From: a virus
Lineage: Duplodnaviria; Caudoviricetes
Strand: one strand, 5' to 3'
DNA: 29,040 nt
Virus record (IMG/VR): IMGVR_UViG_3300032270_000539
Coordinates: 1-29,040 of that record
The notes under the pieces are model-generated. The model had not been told where the DNA came from and did no database searches. It was given only the letters and a program-made list of their open reading frames with translations. The number at the start of each line of letters is the position of its first letter. Position 1 is the stretch's first letter. Made by a program: the position numbers and the translations under genes. This document shows positions 7,057-15,518 of the stretch, in pieces.

Positions 7057-7170
7057 ATTCCGTAATCGGTTGGTCCGCAAGGATTTTCTAAACGGATGGT
7101 CGATGAAAAGACAGTCAGCAGGCTGAAACCCGTGGCTGATAGACCTGAGCAGTCGTCTATAAACTGCTCA
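7057..7170 (+). ncRNA. Putative structured RNA with H-type pseudoknot
   Basis: TATAAT at 7045-7050; GNRA-capped stem GGTCC-GCAA-GGATT inside TCCGT/ACGGA; GTCAGC/GCTGAT; crossing helices ATAGAC/GTCTAT and TGAGCAG/CTGCTCA. Confidence 0.6.
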
Positions 7171-7190
7171 TTTACTAACAATGGAGAGCA

Positions 7191-7409
7191 ATGATTAAAG
7201 TTAACAACTATGTACAGGTAATTGGCATTGAGGAATATGACTTACAGCCAGCAAAAGTTTTGAAGATCCTTGAAGATTCATATGAACTTGAGATGAGAGA
7301 CAATACAGTTAAGGTTTTCCCTGCTGCTAACGTCAAAGAAAAGAAAAACTGTGTCTGTGGACAATCAGCAAGAGGACCTTGGTGTGATGGATCACACTCT
7401 AGGCATTAA
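7191..7409 (+). CDS. Small protein with C-terminal CDGSH iron-sulfur motif
   Basis: CVCGQSARGPWCDGSH matches C-x-C-x2-S-x3-P-x-CDGSH. Confidence 0.85.
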   Translation: MIKVNNYVQVIGIEEYDLQPAKVLKILEDSYELEMRDNTVKVFPAANVKEKKNCVCGQSARGPWCDGSHSRH

Positions 7410-8142
7410 TTTCAGAATCAAAAACTCTAGATATATAAATATTTTGTAGACTTTCTGCTCCAAACGAAAAGAATCTAACTTTCCACTCTTTGTTGACTTC
7501 TAAGAATGTGGTAACTGCTTGCATGACTTCATAAGGATGAAGTGGATCATCTGGGGCAGTTGAAAAATCATCAATCCCAATAATTCCATAAGGTTTTACT
7601 ATTTGAGAAGCATATAGTAGTTCATTGTATACATTATGAAAAGAGTGATCAGAGTCTAAATATATAAAGTCAAATTTATCAACAATGTTTGATGGTATAT
7701 ATTCTGGTAACAGTATTTCAGATTTCCCTTTTCTAACTTCAACTTCTGGATTATTTTTAAATCTTTCACAAACAAAAAAGTAATTTTCATTGGCGTCATA
7801 TCTATTTTCTGCGTTTGGCATCATATCTGAATTATCAAAAGTATCTATAAGCACTAACTTATTAAGTTTAAGGCCATCAACAAGAGCCTGGGCATAGTCT
7901 CCAGCAGCAGTGCCAACTTCCATAATACGTAAATCTTTATTCATTCCAGCAAGTATATCTATTATTGAGTGACGATTTGGCAAAATTTTTGCTTCTGATA
8001 CTTGCTCTTCACTAATTTCGAGTATGTTATATGGGGATACTGCAGGCATGCCTATCTTATCGCATTGACACAGGTATTCCTTTACTTCTTCTGGTGGTAC
8101 TAGCCGCCATACATCCCCCACTTTTTTTGCATTATGCTTCAT
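7399..8142 (-). CDS. Class I SAM methyltransferase (Methyltransf_24-like)
   Basis: MEVGTAAG, LIDTF, FDFIYLDSDH, KPYGIIGIDDF. Confidence 0.88.
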   Translation of the reverse strand: MKHNAKKVGDVWRLVPPEEVKEYLCQCDKIGMPAVSPYNILEISEEQVSEAKILPNRHSIIDILAGMNKDLRIMEVGTAAGDYAQALVDGLKLNKLVLIDTFDNSDMMPNAENRYDANENYFFVCERFKNNPEVEVRKGKSEILLPEYIPSNIVDKFDFIYLDSDHSFHNVYNELLYASQIVKPYGIIGIDDFSTAPDDPLHPYEVMQAVTTFLEVNKEWKVRFFSFGAESLQNIYISRVFDSEINA

Positions 8143-8175
8143 ACTATATATAATACCATATGCTATAATTGTTGT

Positions 8176-8850
8176 ATGCATCCGTTGACCCCTTCTTGGT
8201 ATAGGCCAAGGCCAGAATTAAAAAAGATAGATAATATTTCTTCAATTATAGGTATTGATACTAATAACATTAAAGTAATTGAGAACTGGATATCTGATGA
8301 AGACTGTGAAAGGGCTATGAAAATTATATCCAAGACACCAGTTAACCATGCAGCCACACACTCATATCCTATACATAACACAGAAGGCTATGAGGGAGAG
8401 ACACAAGAAGAAAGATTATTTGCAGAAGAGTTTGGTAAGAAGATGGTTGCTCTTGGTGAAGAACTTTATGGTCTGCCATTGTTAAGAGATCAAAGGTTTT
8501 TGTATGTAGTTCATCCAACTGGAACATACATTGATCCTCATACGGACATTCTAGATATTACTGATCCCGACTACGAAGGTGATACATACGAGTCACAGCG
8601 TGAAAGGTTCCCATATCTCTGGAGTGGTCACCTATCTATCCTTGCTTATCTCAATGATGATTACGAAGGTGGGGAATTGTATTTTCCAGAACATGATTTT
8701 GGAGTTAGACCTAAGAAGGGTATGATAATCTTTTTCCCAGGAAACTTACACTACGTTCACGGCGTTGCGCCAGTAACAAGTGGCACAAGATATACACTTT
8801 CTCAATGGTCAAAGTTTAAAGACTTTATAGCAAAGCCAGAAAATGCCTAG
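8176..8850 (+). CDS. 2OG-Fe(II) oxygenase, prolyl-4-hydroxylase-like
   Basis: HTD, YLNDDYEGGELYF, HGV..V.SGTRY. Confidence 0.92.
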   Translation: MHPLTPSWYRPRPELKKIDNISSIIGIDTNNIKVIENWISDEDCERAMKIISKTPVNHAATHSYPIHNTEGYEGETQEERLFAEEFGKKMVALGEELYGLPLLRDQRFLYVVHPTGTYIDPHTDILDITDPDYEGDTYESQRERFPYLWSGHLSILAYLNDDYEGGELYFPEHDFGVRPKKGMIIFFPGNLHYVHGVAPVTSGTRYTLSQWSKFKDFIAKPENA

Positions 8851-9550
8851 AAAACCAATACATCCTTTAGGTCAAGATGAGTTTAAATTATTTGCTTCTG
8901 ATGAAATAGAAGATTCTGAAAAGATAAGTCAAGAACAACTAAATGGTGCAAAACTTTTTACCTCTAGGGAAGAGTATGCAAAAAATTTTAAACAGGGCAT
9001 TAGATATTTAGAAGTTGGTGTTGCTTGGGGTTATTCTGTTAAGATGTTCCTTGATTCAACAAATGCAGTATCTGCTGACCTTGTTGATTGGTTTAATCAA
9101 GACCTAAGATGTTGGTCATGGAGAAAATTTGGCGCATGCCAATGTTCTGGAATGAAACATGAACTACTATATACCCCAGATAAACATCAAGAGTATATCA
9201 TTAATAAGTTTGCTAATTATCCAAATGTAATAACCTATAAGGGTGACTCAAAAGATGTACTTCCAGAATTAATAAAAGATGGTAAAGAATATGATCTCAT
9301 CTACATAGATATAACCAACTATAGATTTACAACAAGGGATGCACTTAGAAATGCAGCAAAGATGATACCTATTGGCGGAGTCATTGGAATGAATGATTAC
9401 CTTATTTATGATGGGATAATTGAAGAAGAACCGTACGGTACATTTCAAACTGTAAATGAATTTTTACAGTATAATAAAAACTGGGTTGTTGATGCTATTG
9501 CTTTACACAATTTAGGATTTTATGATATATACATTAGGAGGATTGCATGA
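8843..9550 (+). CDS. Class I SAM methyltransferase (Methyltransf_24-like)
   Basis: LEVGVAWG, KGDS, YDLIYID, GGVIGMNDY. Confidence 0.88.
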   Translation: MPRKPIHPLGQDEFKLFASDEIEDSEKISQEQLNGAKLFTSREEYAKNFKQGIRYLEVGVAWGYSVKMFLDSTNAVSADLVDWFNQDLRCWSWRKFGACQCSGMKHELLYTPDKHQEYIINKFANYPNVITYKGDSKDVLPELIKDGKEYDLIYIDITNYRFTTRDALRNAAKMIPIGGVIGMNDYLIYDGIIEEEPYGTFQTVNEFLQYNKNWVVDAIALHNLGFYDIYIRRIA

Positions 9551-10476
9551 GCACGATGAAAGATTTTGATCATTTTAATGTTATACCTGAAAAAATTAGG
9601 GATAGCACAGCGACTTGGGATTTGTTTTGGGATGAATTTGATATAACTTGGGCACAAAGCAAAGAATACTCTAAAACAAAACATTTTACAGTTAATCCAG
9701 CAGAATCACAACAGGCTTTTGGCACGTTGGATGATGGAGAAGTTACATATGATTACAATAGTGATTGGTTTAGATGTGATGAGTTTACTACTGAACACCC
9801 TGAAAAATATCATATTGTATTTTCAGGATGTTCTGAAACAGAGGGTGTTGGATCACCGCTTGAAACCGCTTGGGCAAAAATTGTACATACAAGACTAAAA
9901 GAAAAATTTGATGTTGGTGGTTACTATAGCCTTGGAAAATCTGGACAAGGTTGGCACAAAGTTATATCGTCTTTTTTAGTATATATTAAAAAATATGGCA
10001 AGCCAACTCATTTCTTTGTGTTATTGCCAAACGTAGCAAGAGATTATGTTTGGAGTGATGAACGTCAAACTTGGAACTATCAGCAAAAACTTCCCTTTAC
10101 TTCAAATAAAAAACATTTACCAGAAGAGATGGTTGATCAGGTAACCACTCTGGATCAATACAGAGATGCTTTTGTTCACTTTAGTCTTGCGTGGAAACTA
10201 TTTGAAGCATTTTGTAATGCAAGCAACATTAAATTAATATGCTCTAGTTGGAACTACGAAGAAACTTGGAACCTTAAATTTCATAACCATATGCCCAGTT
10301 ATTTTCCATTAGATAAACCAGATTTTGAGGATTATGTAAAAATAAAAAGGCCTAATGGTAAATTTAAAGATAGAGACCTTAGAAGACGAGATAATCATTC
10401 TGGTGTTTTGTATCATGAATGGTGGGCAGATGAATTTATGCGCCACACATTAGATAGGGGCCTATTTGATGATTAG
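9547..10476 (+). CDS. SGNH/GDSL-hydrolase-like protein
   Basis: FSGCSETEGVG block I-like, SLGKSG block II-like, RDNHSG C-terminal His motif. Confidence 0.55.
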   Translation: MSTMKDFDHFNVIPEKIRDSTATWDLFWDEFDITWAQSKEYSKTKHFTVNPAESQQAFGTLDDGEVTYDYNSDWFRCDEFTTEHPEKYHIVFSGCSETEGVGSPLETAWAKIVHTRLKEKFDVGGYYSLGKSGQGWHKVISSFLVYIKKYGKPTHFFVLLPNVARDYVWSDERQTWNYQQKLPFTSNKKHLPEEMVDQVTTLDQYRDAFVHFSLAWKLFEAFCNASNIKLICSSWNYEETWNLKFHNHMPSYFPLDKPDFEDYVKIKRPNGKFKDRDLRRRDNHSGVLYHEWWADEFMRHTLDRGLFDD

Positions 10477-10552
10477 GAAGATACTATTCTGGTACCGTTT
10501 TAGAAAAATAAACAAAAAATTAAAGAAAAATCCACAAAAATTCATATACTAG
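10469..10552 (+). CDS. 27-aa basic microprotein (not in ORF track)
   Basis: MIRKILFWYRFRKINKKLKKNPQKFIY; AGGGG SD upstream; fills intergenic gap. Confidence 0.55.
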   Translation: MIRKILFWYRFRKINKKLKKNPQKFIY

Positions 10553-10557
10553 AGATA

Positions 10558-10566
10558 TGATATAAT
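10558..10566 (+). promoter_or_regulatory. Extended -10 promoter
   Basis: TGATATAAT, then AAGGGGG SD before ATG 10599. Confidence 0.6.
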
Positions 10567-10598
10567 TGTTTACAGTTTAACCTTATAAGGGGGATCAA

Positions 10599-11255
10599 AT
10601 GGATAAAGATAAGTTAGCAAACAAACTTGCTGGTAAGTCTGTAAGTAGACGTGGCAATGAGTTTACGTTTAAAGAACTCGCACCAGGAATTCATGTGTAT
10701 GGAAACATCTGGCCTGAGTCAATGGAGTTTATGAAGAAATTAGAAGATACACATCAGTTTGATCGTGAAGATTATTATGATGAAGAGATTGGCAAGAAGG
10801 CAAGTACTTGCTGGGTATACCATAACGAAGATATGGCTGATGCTTTTGAAGAGGTTGTCGACTCATATTTATTTATGTGGGATCTTGGTCCACTAACAAG
10901 AGAAGCATTTAGAATTACTAAGTTTGAAGACAATGAATTTTTCTCAGTTCATCCTGATGATTCGTATGGAACTCCAAGAACTGCATCTTTTGTTTATTAT
11001 CCAAATGATAATTATGAGGGTGGAGAGTTAGAGTTTGTTCACTTTGGATTAAAGTATAAGCCAAAGGCTGGAGAACTACTATGCTTCCCATCTGGATATT
11101 CATATCAACATAAGATTCATAAGAAGACTGGCGGAGATACACGATACACTGTTGTATTCTTTGCTTGCGAAATCTCACAAAAAGAACGAGATGCAAGAAT
11201 GGAAACATTAGACTTTCCTTATCAGCCTAAACTAGAATACATCTTAAGAAAATAA
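10599..11255 (+). CDS. 2OG-Fe(II) oxygenase, prolyl-4-hydroxylase-like
   Basis: HPD, YPNDNYEGGELEF, YQHKI, TRY. Confidence 0.92.
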   Translation: MDKDKLANKLAGKSVSRRGNEFTFKELAPGIHVYGNIWPESMEFMKKLEDTHQFDREDYYDEEIGKKASTCWVYHNEDMADAFEEVVDSYLFMWDLGPLTREAFRITKFEDNEFFSVHPDDSYGTPRTASFVYYPNDNYEGGELEFVHFGLKYKPKAGELLCFPSGYSYQHKIHKKTGGDTRYTVVFFACEISQKERDARMETLDFPYQPKLEYILRK

Positions 11256-11264
11256 AAACTAAAT

Positions 11265-11299
11265 AAAAAAGGGGGCCTTGATTGGCCCCCTTTCTTTTT
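11265..11299. terminator. Bidirectional intrinsic terminator
   Basis: AAAAAA-GGGGGCC-TTGATT-GGCCCCC-TTTCTTTTT between convergent genes. Confidence 0.92.
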
Positions 11300-11305
11300 G
11301 CCAAT

Positions 11306-11572
11306 TTACTTCTTTGCTGCTGGCTTCTTCTTTGCAGGAGCCTTCTTTACGGTTGCCTTCTTAACTGCAGTATCAACTACTGCTGCATCTGGAAGACGTC
11401 CAAACGCTGTGTCGTTAGGATTGATTGCACGGATTGCTACGGGCGCTAATGCAGCCAATAGAGAGTATGCAAGTGTCTTAAGATCTGTCACACCTGACAT
11501 ATAAAGTGCAAGACCTGCACCAAGTACTGATCTTCCGTATGACGCTAGTAGTGCTTTGATTTGTTCATTCAT
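11306..11572 (-). CDS. Holin-like membrane protein with Lys/Ala-rich tail
   Basis: Two hydrophobic segments, RAINPNDTAFG, KKATVKKAPAKKKPAAKK; AGGAGG SD. Confidence 0.6.
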   Translation of the reverse strand: MNEQIKALLASYGRSVLGAGLALYMSGVTDLKTLAYSLLAALAPVAIRAINPNDTAFGRLPDAAVVDTAVKKATVKKAPAKKKPAAKK

Positions 11573-11582
11573 ATTATTCCTC

Positions 11583-11741
11583 CTAGGATATAATTTGTGT
11601 TAGTGTAGTAAAACCAATCCAGAGGCCAATAATTCCTGCGACTCCCGCAAAAACTGGTGGTGCTGGTACTGGTAATTTGAATGCAGCAAACACGATTCCG
11701 CATCCAAAACCTGTTAGTATTGATAGAAAAACTTCCTTCAT
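11583..11741 (-). CDS. XapX/DUF1427 small membrane protein
   Basis: GIVFAAFKLPVPAPPVFAGVAGIIGLWIG signature. Confidence 0.8.
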   Translation of the reverse strand: MKEVFLSILTGFGCGIVFAAFKLPVPAPPVFAGVAGIIGLWIGFTTLTQIIS

Positions 11742-11902
11742 CGATAACCCTTTTCTGATAACTCTAAATAATGTTCTGTACACACATCAACTATAGTTGT
11801 CTCTGTGCCATATACTTTTTCTGCTTCAAGTTCACAATTGACTACCTGGCAAGAATAGAATGCATCATATGCCATATCGTGGTGTGACTTAAACTTTATC
11901 AT
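11738..11902 (-). CDS. 54-aa Zn-finger microprotein (not in ORF track)
   Basis: MIKFKSHHDMAYDAFYSCQVVNCELEAE...VCTEHY...; ATGA overlaps at both ends. Confidence 0.7.
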   Translation of the reverse strand: MIKFKSHHDMAYDAFYSCQVVNCELEAEKVYGTETTIVDVCTEHYLELSEKGYR

Positions 11903-12333
11903 TCCTCAATTTTACCATAGTCATCTGGTATGAACTTGATTAATTCCTTATACGCAAGGCTTATATCTCTCATAGCAGGGTGAAGAGGTGTCTCCATGAC
12001 GCTACTGTATTCATCAAAATACTCTACGTGGCCACCGACTCTTTGCTTGAAATTCCAGATACCAGCCTGTACATTTTCAATATAGGCGTATGCCCAGTTT
12101 CTAGAGTCTGCAACAAACTTTAAAAATCCATCATCTTCTTTTGGTTCTGGATCTTTCTTTTCTTTTAATTCTTTAACTTCATTTTCAATTTTAATAGTAT
12201 AATCAAGAACCTCTTGTTTAATTTTAGTTTCAAGTTTCTTAAGACTATGTCTCATTCTGATATTATCTATAACAACACCAAAAAATAATATTAAAAAAAC
12301 AAAGAAACCTATAAAGTTTAGTATGTTTGACAT
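11899..12333 (-). CDS. Membrane-anchored hypothetical protein
   Basis: N-terminal TM then coiled coil. Confidence 0.75.
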   Translation of the reverse strand: MSNILNFIGFFVFLILFFGVVIDNIRMRHSLKKLETKIKQEVLDYTIKIENEVKELKEKKDPEPKEDDGFLKFVADSRNWAYAYIENVQAGIWNFKQRVGGHVEYFDEYSSVMETPLHPAMRDISLAYKELIKFIPDDYGKIEE

Positions 12334-12564
12334 TTACTTTCCACCGTCTCTAACTAAAAGAACAATCGCTCCATTTTCTTCAAGTGCTTGTTTAACTTTT
12401 AACATATACTGAAAAGCCTCAATCTTATCGTCATGATAAAGATTAAGAAAATCTTTTTCACTTGCCTTTACTGTAAGAAAGTGTTCGTTGTCAATGATTT
12501 GTAGCCTAAAGTTTTTAGGTGGGGTAATTGATCTAAAAGCCTTTTGCATATCACTTGTATACAT
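12334..12564 (-). CDS. Hypothetical protein
   Basis: Start at MYTSDMQKAF avoids overlap with whiB. Confidence 0.7.
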   Translation of the reverse strand: MYTSDMQKAFRSITPPKNFRLQIIDNEHFLTVKASEKDFLNLYHDDKIEAFQYMLKVKQALEENGAIVLLVRDGGK

Positions 12565-12565
12565 C

Positions 12566-12847
12566 TTAGTCGTTTGTAAGATACTGCCATGTATCTCCCC
12601 ATTGCAACTTAGTTTTATGGCGATTGAATTCTTTTGATATCTTTCCGTCTTCAAGGTATATGCCACCCCAAACGCCGTACTCTTTACCAGTAATACCAAT
12701 AGCAAAACATTCTTTCTTTACGGGACACTCTGAACAGAGTTTATCAACTGCAAGTCTTAACTCTGGTTGGTCCTCATACTTTTCAAAAAATATGTTTGTG
12801 TCATACTCCAAACATAAGGCTTCATCTTTCCACAAATGCTTATTCAA
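12566..12847 (-). CDS. whiB: WhiB family Fe-S transcription factor
   Basis: W..EALC...IFF, CSECPVKKEC, YGVWGG. Confidence 0.95.
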   Translation of the reverse strand: MNKHLWKDEALCLEYDTNIFFEKYEDQPELRLAVDKLCSECPVKKECFAIGITGKEYGVWGGIYLEDGKISKEFNRHKTKLQWGDTWQYLTND

Positions 12848-12848
12848 T

Positions 12849-13058
12849 TTATCCTACAAACTTGGAGGGTATATCCCAGCCATTCCTTGTTGGAATAAAT
12901 CTGCGAGCCATATACCAAGATCCATCCTTGAATAGCCCATATTGTGATGTACGTGCCTTATCTGTTTTGTATGAGTTGACTACTGTCCAGCCATCCCATG
13001 ACAAAGAGTTGTTTGATGCCACGATTGTTTCCATGTCTTTTAGTTCTGTTACGATCAT
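12849..13058 (-). CDS. Hypothetical protein
   Basis: AAGGGG SD; tight packing; LSWDGW motif. Confidence 0.75.
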   Translation of the reverse strand: MIVTELKDMETIVASNNSLSWDGWTVVNSYKTDKARTSQYGLFKDGSWYMARRFIPTRNGWDIPSKFVG

Positions 13059-13068
13059 TTTATACCCC

Positions 13069-13425
13069 TTAGTATTGGAAAATTCCTACTTCAATTTGAT
13101 TTTGTTCTGCTTGGTATACCAGTTTAGATTTTTGCTCATTAGGATTACTCAAGAAAACAAAGTAATCAATTCCAGCAACATACATCTTTTCATCAATCTC
13201 GCTTGGCGGAACCATACGATATTTAATTTTTTTGCCTCTTGCCTTCATCCCTCTTTCAGACAAGTTCACAAACTCTGACACCATGGCATTGATATTACCT
13301 GGACCTGCACTATAGAGATCAAATGTCTTATCGTCTTGTTTAAGGTTTGACATGGCTACAGCCATGGCTCTAAGAAAAACATTGTAGTCTGCAAAACTAC
13401 TTGTTCCCTGTACTCCCACTATCAT
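13069..13425 (-). CDS. SLOG/YspA-like (DUF2493-like) protein
   Basis: MIVGVQGTSSFADY resembles the SLOG N-terminal GSRxFxDY motif. Confidence 0.5.
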   Translation of the reverse strand: MIVGVQGTSSFADYNVFLRAMAVAMSNLKQDDKTFDLYSAGPGNINAMVSEFVNLSERGMKARGKKIKYRMVPPSEIDEKMYVAGIDYFVFLSNPNEQKSKLVYQAEQNQIEVGIFQY

Positions 13426-13819
13426 GACTTTTCCCGTCTCTTAGTTTATCCATTATAAACAGCATCTTATCTAATTGTACCTTATCCATATGTATGGTGT
13501 CAACTATACGTGCAGTCGATCCATCAACATTCTTACCCTCTAAATCAGCAACAAAGAATGAGTTGTCTTTGATCCAGTAGGCTTGTCCATCAACGATGAT
13601 TACCTTGATGTTTGTTTTTGCTTCTAACTCCATTGACTGTGACTTCCTGGGTGCCTTTAAAACCTCTTGTGGGGGCAATACAGGCGATACTATAGAGTGT
13701 ATGTGGCTCTGACTATACCTAACCACTAATCTATCATTGCTAAAACTATTTAATGATATTATTTTTGTAGTAAAAAATACAAGGGCAAATGTTATCACAG
13801 AGCCAAGAAAATATTCCAT
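13397..13819 (-). CDS. Membrane-anchored hypothetical protein
   Basis: N-terminal TM; upstream TGATATAAT (13841-13849) and GGGGG SD. Confidence 0.75.
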   Translation of the reverse strand: MEYFLGSVITFALVFFTTKIISLNSFSNDRLVVRYSQSHIHSIVSPVLPPQEVLKAPRKSQSMELEAKTNIKVIIVDGQAYWIKDNSFFVADLEGKNVDGSTARIVDTIHMDKVQLDKMLFIMDKLRDGKSHDSGSTGNK

Positions 13820-13846
13820 TTAACACCCCCTATATCACTAATTATA

Positions 13847-14200
13847 TCATTTTTGTTGAAGAACAATTCTTATTATTTCTTTTAAAGTATACTGCTGAGA
13901 TTTATCTAATTGCATTATTTCTTTTGCATTTAGAGCCTTATCCGTCAAGGTTACCATAGGGTCCTCATCCAAGAAGTTTATCTCAATAAACCCATGCTCC
14001 CAAAGAGCCATGGTCTCTGTTGTAAAATATGTATATAAATCGCTATGTAGTTCTTCATTAACTGACTTCATTTTACTAGTAAAGTTGTATAGGGGTTCTC
14101 CAGTGTCTATATCCATACCCGCAATTTCAAGTGCTCCAGACAAAATCAGATCTTCAATGATCGACTCAATCTGCTCATCTTCATTCAACGAAGTCTCCAT
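13847..14200 (-). CDS. Hypothetical protein, paralog of 14185..14406
   Basis: LILSGALEIAGMDIDTGEPLYNFTSKMKSV. Confidence 0.75.
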   Translation of the reverse strand: METSLNEDEQIESIIEDLILSGALEIAGMDIDTGEPLYNFTSKMKSVNEELHSDLYTYFTTETMALWEHGFIEINFLDEDPMVTLTDKALNAKEIMQLDKSQQYTLKEIIRIVLQQK

Positions 14201-14406
14201 GTCATTCTTGTAGGGCCTTGATCTATCAGTTGAAACATATGGTGGTTGTATTGGTCTGTTAACTGCTGAAAAATTTCAGGGCTAACCTCTTTCATTTTAT
14301 CTTTAATTTTATAGAGCATCTCTCCGCTTTGATCATCAATACTATCAATCTCAATTGCATCTTGTAATAGCAGGTGCTCAATGAGCGCTTCCTGTCTTGG
14401 ATTCAT
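14185..14406 (-). CDS. Hypothetical protein, paralog of 13847..14200
   Basis: LLLQDAIEIDSIDDQSGEMLYKIKDKMKEV; GAGGAG SD. Confidence 0.75.
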   Translation of the reverse strand: MNPRQEALIEHLLLQDAIEIDSIDDQSGEMLYKIKDKMKEVSPEIFQQLTDQYNHHMFQLIDQGPTRMTWRLR

Positions 14407-14408
14407 AG

Positions 14409-14666
14409 TTACTCCTCGTTAATAAAAGATAGAAGTTCTTCTTTTGTTTTGGCGCCAGTAGTTCTGGATACCTCTTTGTTATCTCTAATCAGTACAAATG
14501 TTGGCACTGACTTTACACCAAAATCACTTACCATTTCATTCTCAATGTCTGCATCAATCATAAAAAATTTTGCAATAATCTGTTCCCGATTTAACTCTTC
14601 AACAATTGGTCTAACCTTTTTACATGGGTTGCACCAGTCTGCTGTAAAGTATAAAACACTCTTCAT
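14409..14666 (-). CDS. trxA: Thioredoxin
   Basis: FTADWCNPCK, FGVKSVPTF, TGAK. Confidence 0.93.
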   Translation of the reverse strand: MKSVLYFTADWCNPCKKVRPIVEELNREQIIAKFFMIDADIENEMVSDFGVKSVPTFVLIRDNKEVSRTTGAKTKEELLSFINEE

Positions 14667-15316
14667 TTAACTAATACTACACTAAACTTTGTAGTTTTGC
14701 AAGTTTTTAGATTTGTAGCAATAAAAGCCTTTTCGGTTTTATCTACTGATAAATTCCATCTAACCTTAATAGACACCCAGTTAACTAAATACTCACAGGC
14801 ATATGCTTTATTTGTTGGCATCCACTCTGCAGGATCTTGATCACTCTTAGATCTATTAGAGCCACCAGTTACTGCAATTAGGTGGCGTGGATCAACCATA
14901 TCATTAGCATATTGTTGCTTCTTTAATGCATCCCATGCACTTGCTCCTGAGTCCCAGGCCTCTGCAAGTGGAACCATGTGGTCTACGTCTAAGTTACCTG
15001 CATCAGTTACCTTTACGTTGTCATAAATACTTAGCCATTCTCCGCCAATAAGTTTACATCCAGTTTCAATCTTTGGCTTGACAATTGCCTCATCTATAAT
15101 TACAGATTTGCGTGAGTCGCATCCTATCTGACCTGAACGGCTAATAGTAATCCAGTGCTTGAACAGTGTACGCTTGTATCCTGTACGTACTTCATCTGCT
15201 ACCTTAAGTGTATTTAAGGCTGTTGTTGCATCTTTATAGGATATTGATCCTGCTGCCTGTGCAGTTCCCCCAAGCATGGCAACACTTATAATTACTGCTG
15301 TTAATAATTTACGCAT
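14663..15316 (-). CDS. Secreted HNH nuclease, DUF1524 family
   Basis: Signal peptide MRKLL...AQA; DVDHMVPLAEAWDSGA, NRSKSDQDPAEWMP. Confidence 0.88.
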   Translation of the reverse strand: MRKLLTAVIISVAMLGGTAQAAGSISYKDATTALNTLKVADEVRTGYKRTLFKHWITISRSGQIGCDSRKSVIIDEAIVKPKIETGCKLIGGEWLSIYDNVKVTDAGNLDVDHMVPLAEAWDSGASAWDALKKQQYANDMVDPRHLIAVTGGSNRSKSDQDPAEWMPTNKAYACEYLVNWVSIKVRWNLSVDKTEKAFIATNLKTCKTTKFSVVLVK

Positions 15317-15518
15317 TTTTTCTCCCCCACATAACTCTATTCCAACCACGCTCATGAAAATAATAAAGTATAGTTTTAGTTAGCACTTCAAGTCCTGCAA
15401 TTGAAGCAGCGGTTATTGCTTTATGTGTTATAAAGTATGACAATACAAAAGTATCTGCTGTTCCAATTATACGCCATGTAATTGCTTTTAGTGCTGATCT
15501 TTGTTTAGTTACGTTCAT
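15309..15518 (-). CDS. DUF2061 membrane protein
   Basis: RSALKAITWRIIGT...KTILYYFHERGW. Confidence 0.88.
   Translation of the reverse strand: MNVTKQRSALKAITWRIIGTADTFVLSYFITHKAITAASIAGLEVLTKTILYYFHERGWNRVMWGRKNA

Noticed and set aside
7057-7170. Known riboswitch or ribozyme (c-di-GMP-I, preQ1, hammerhead) or tmRNA
   Set aside because: Core consensus elements could not be matched by eye and it is too short for tmRNA; needs an Rfam scan
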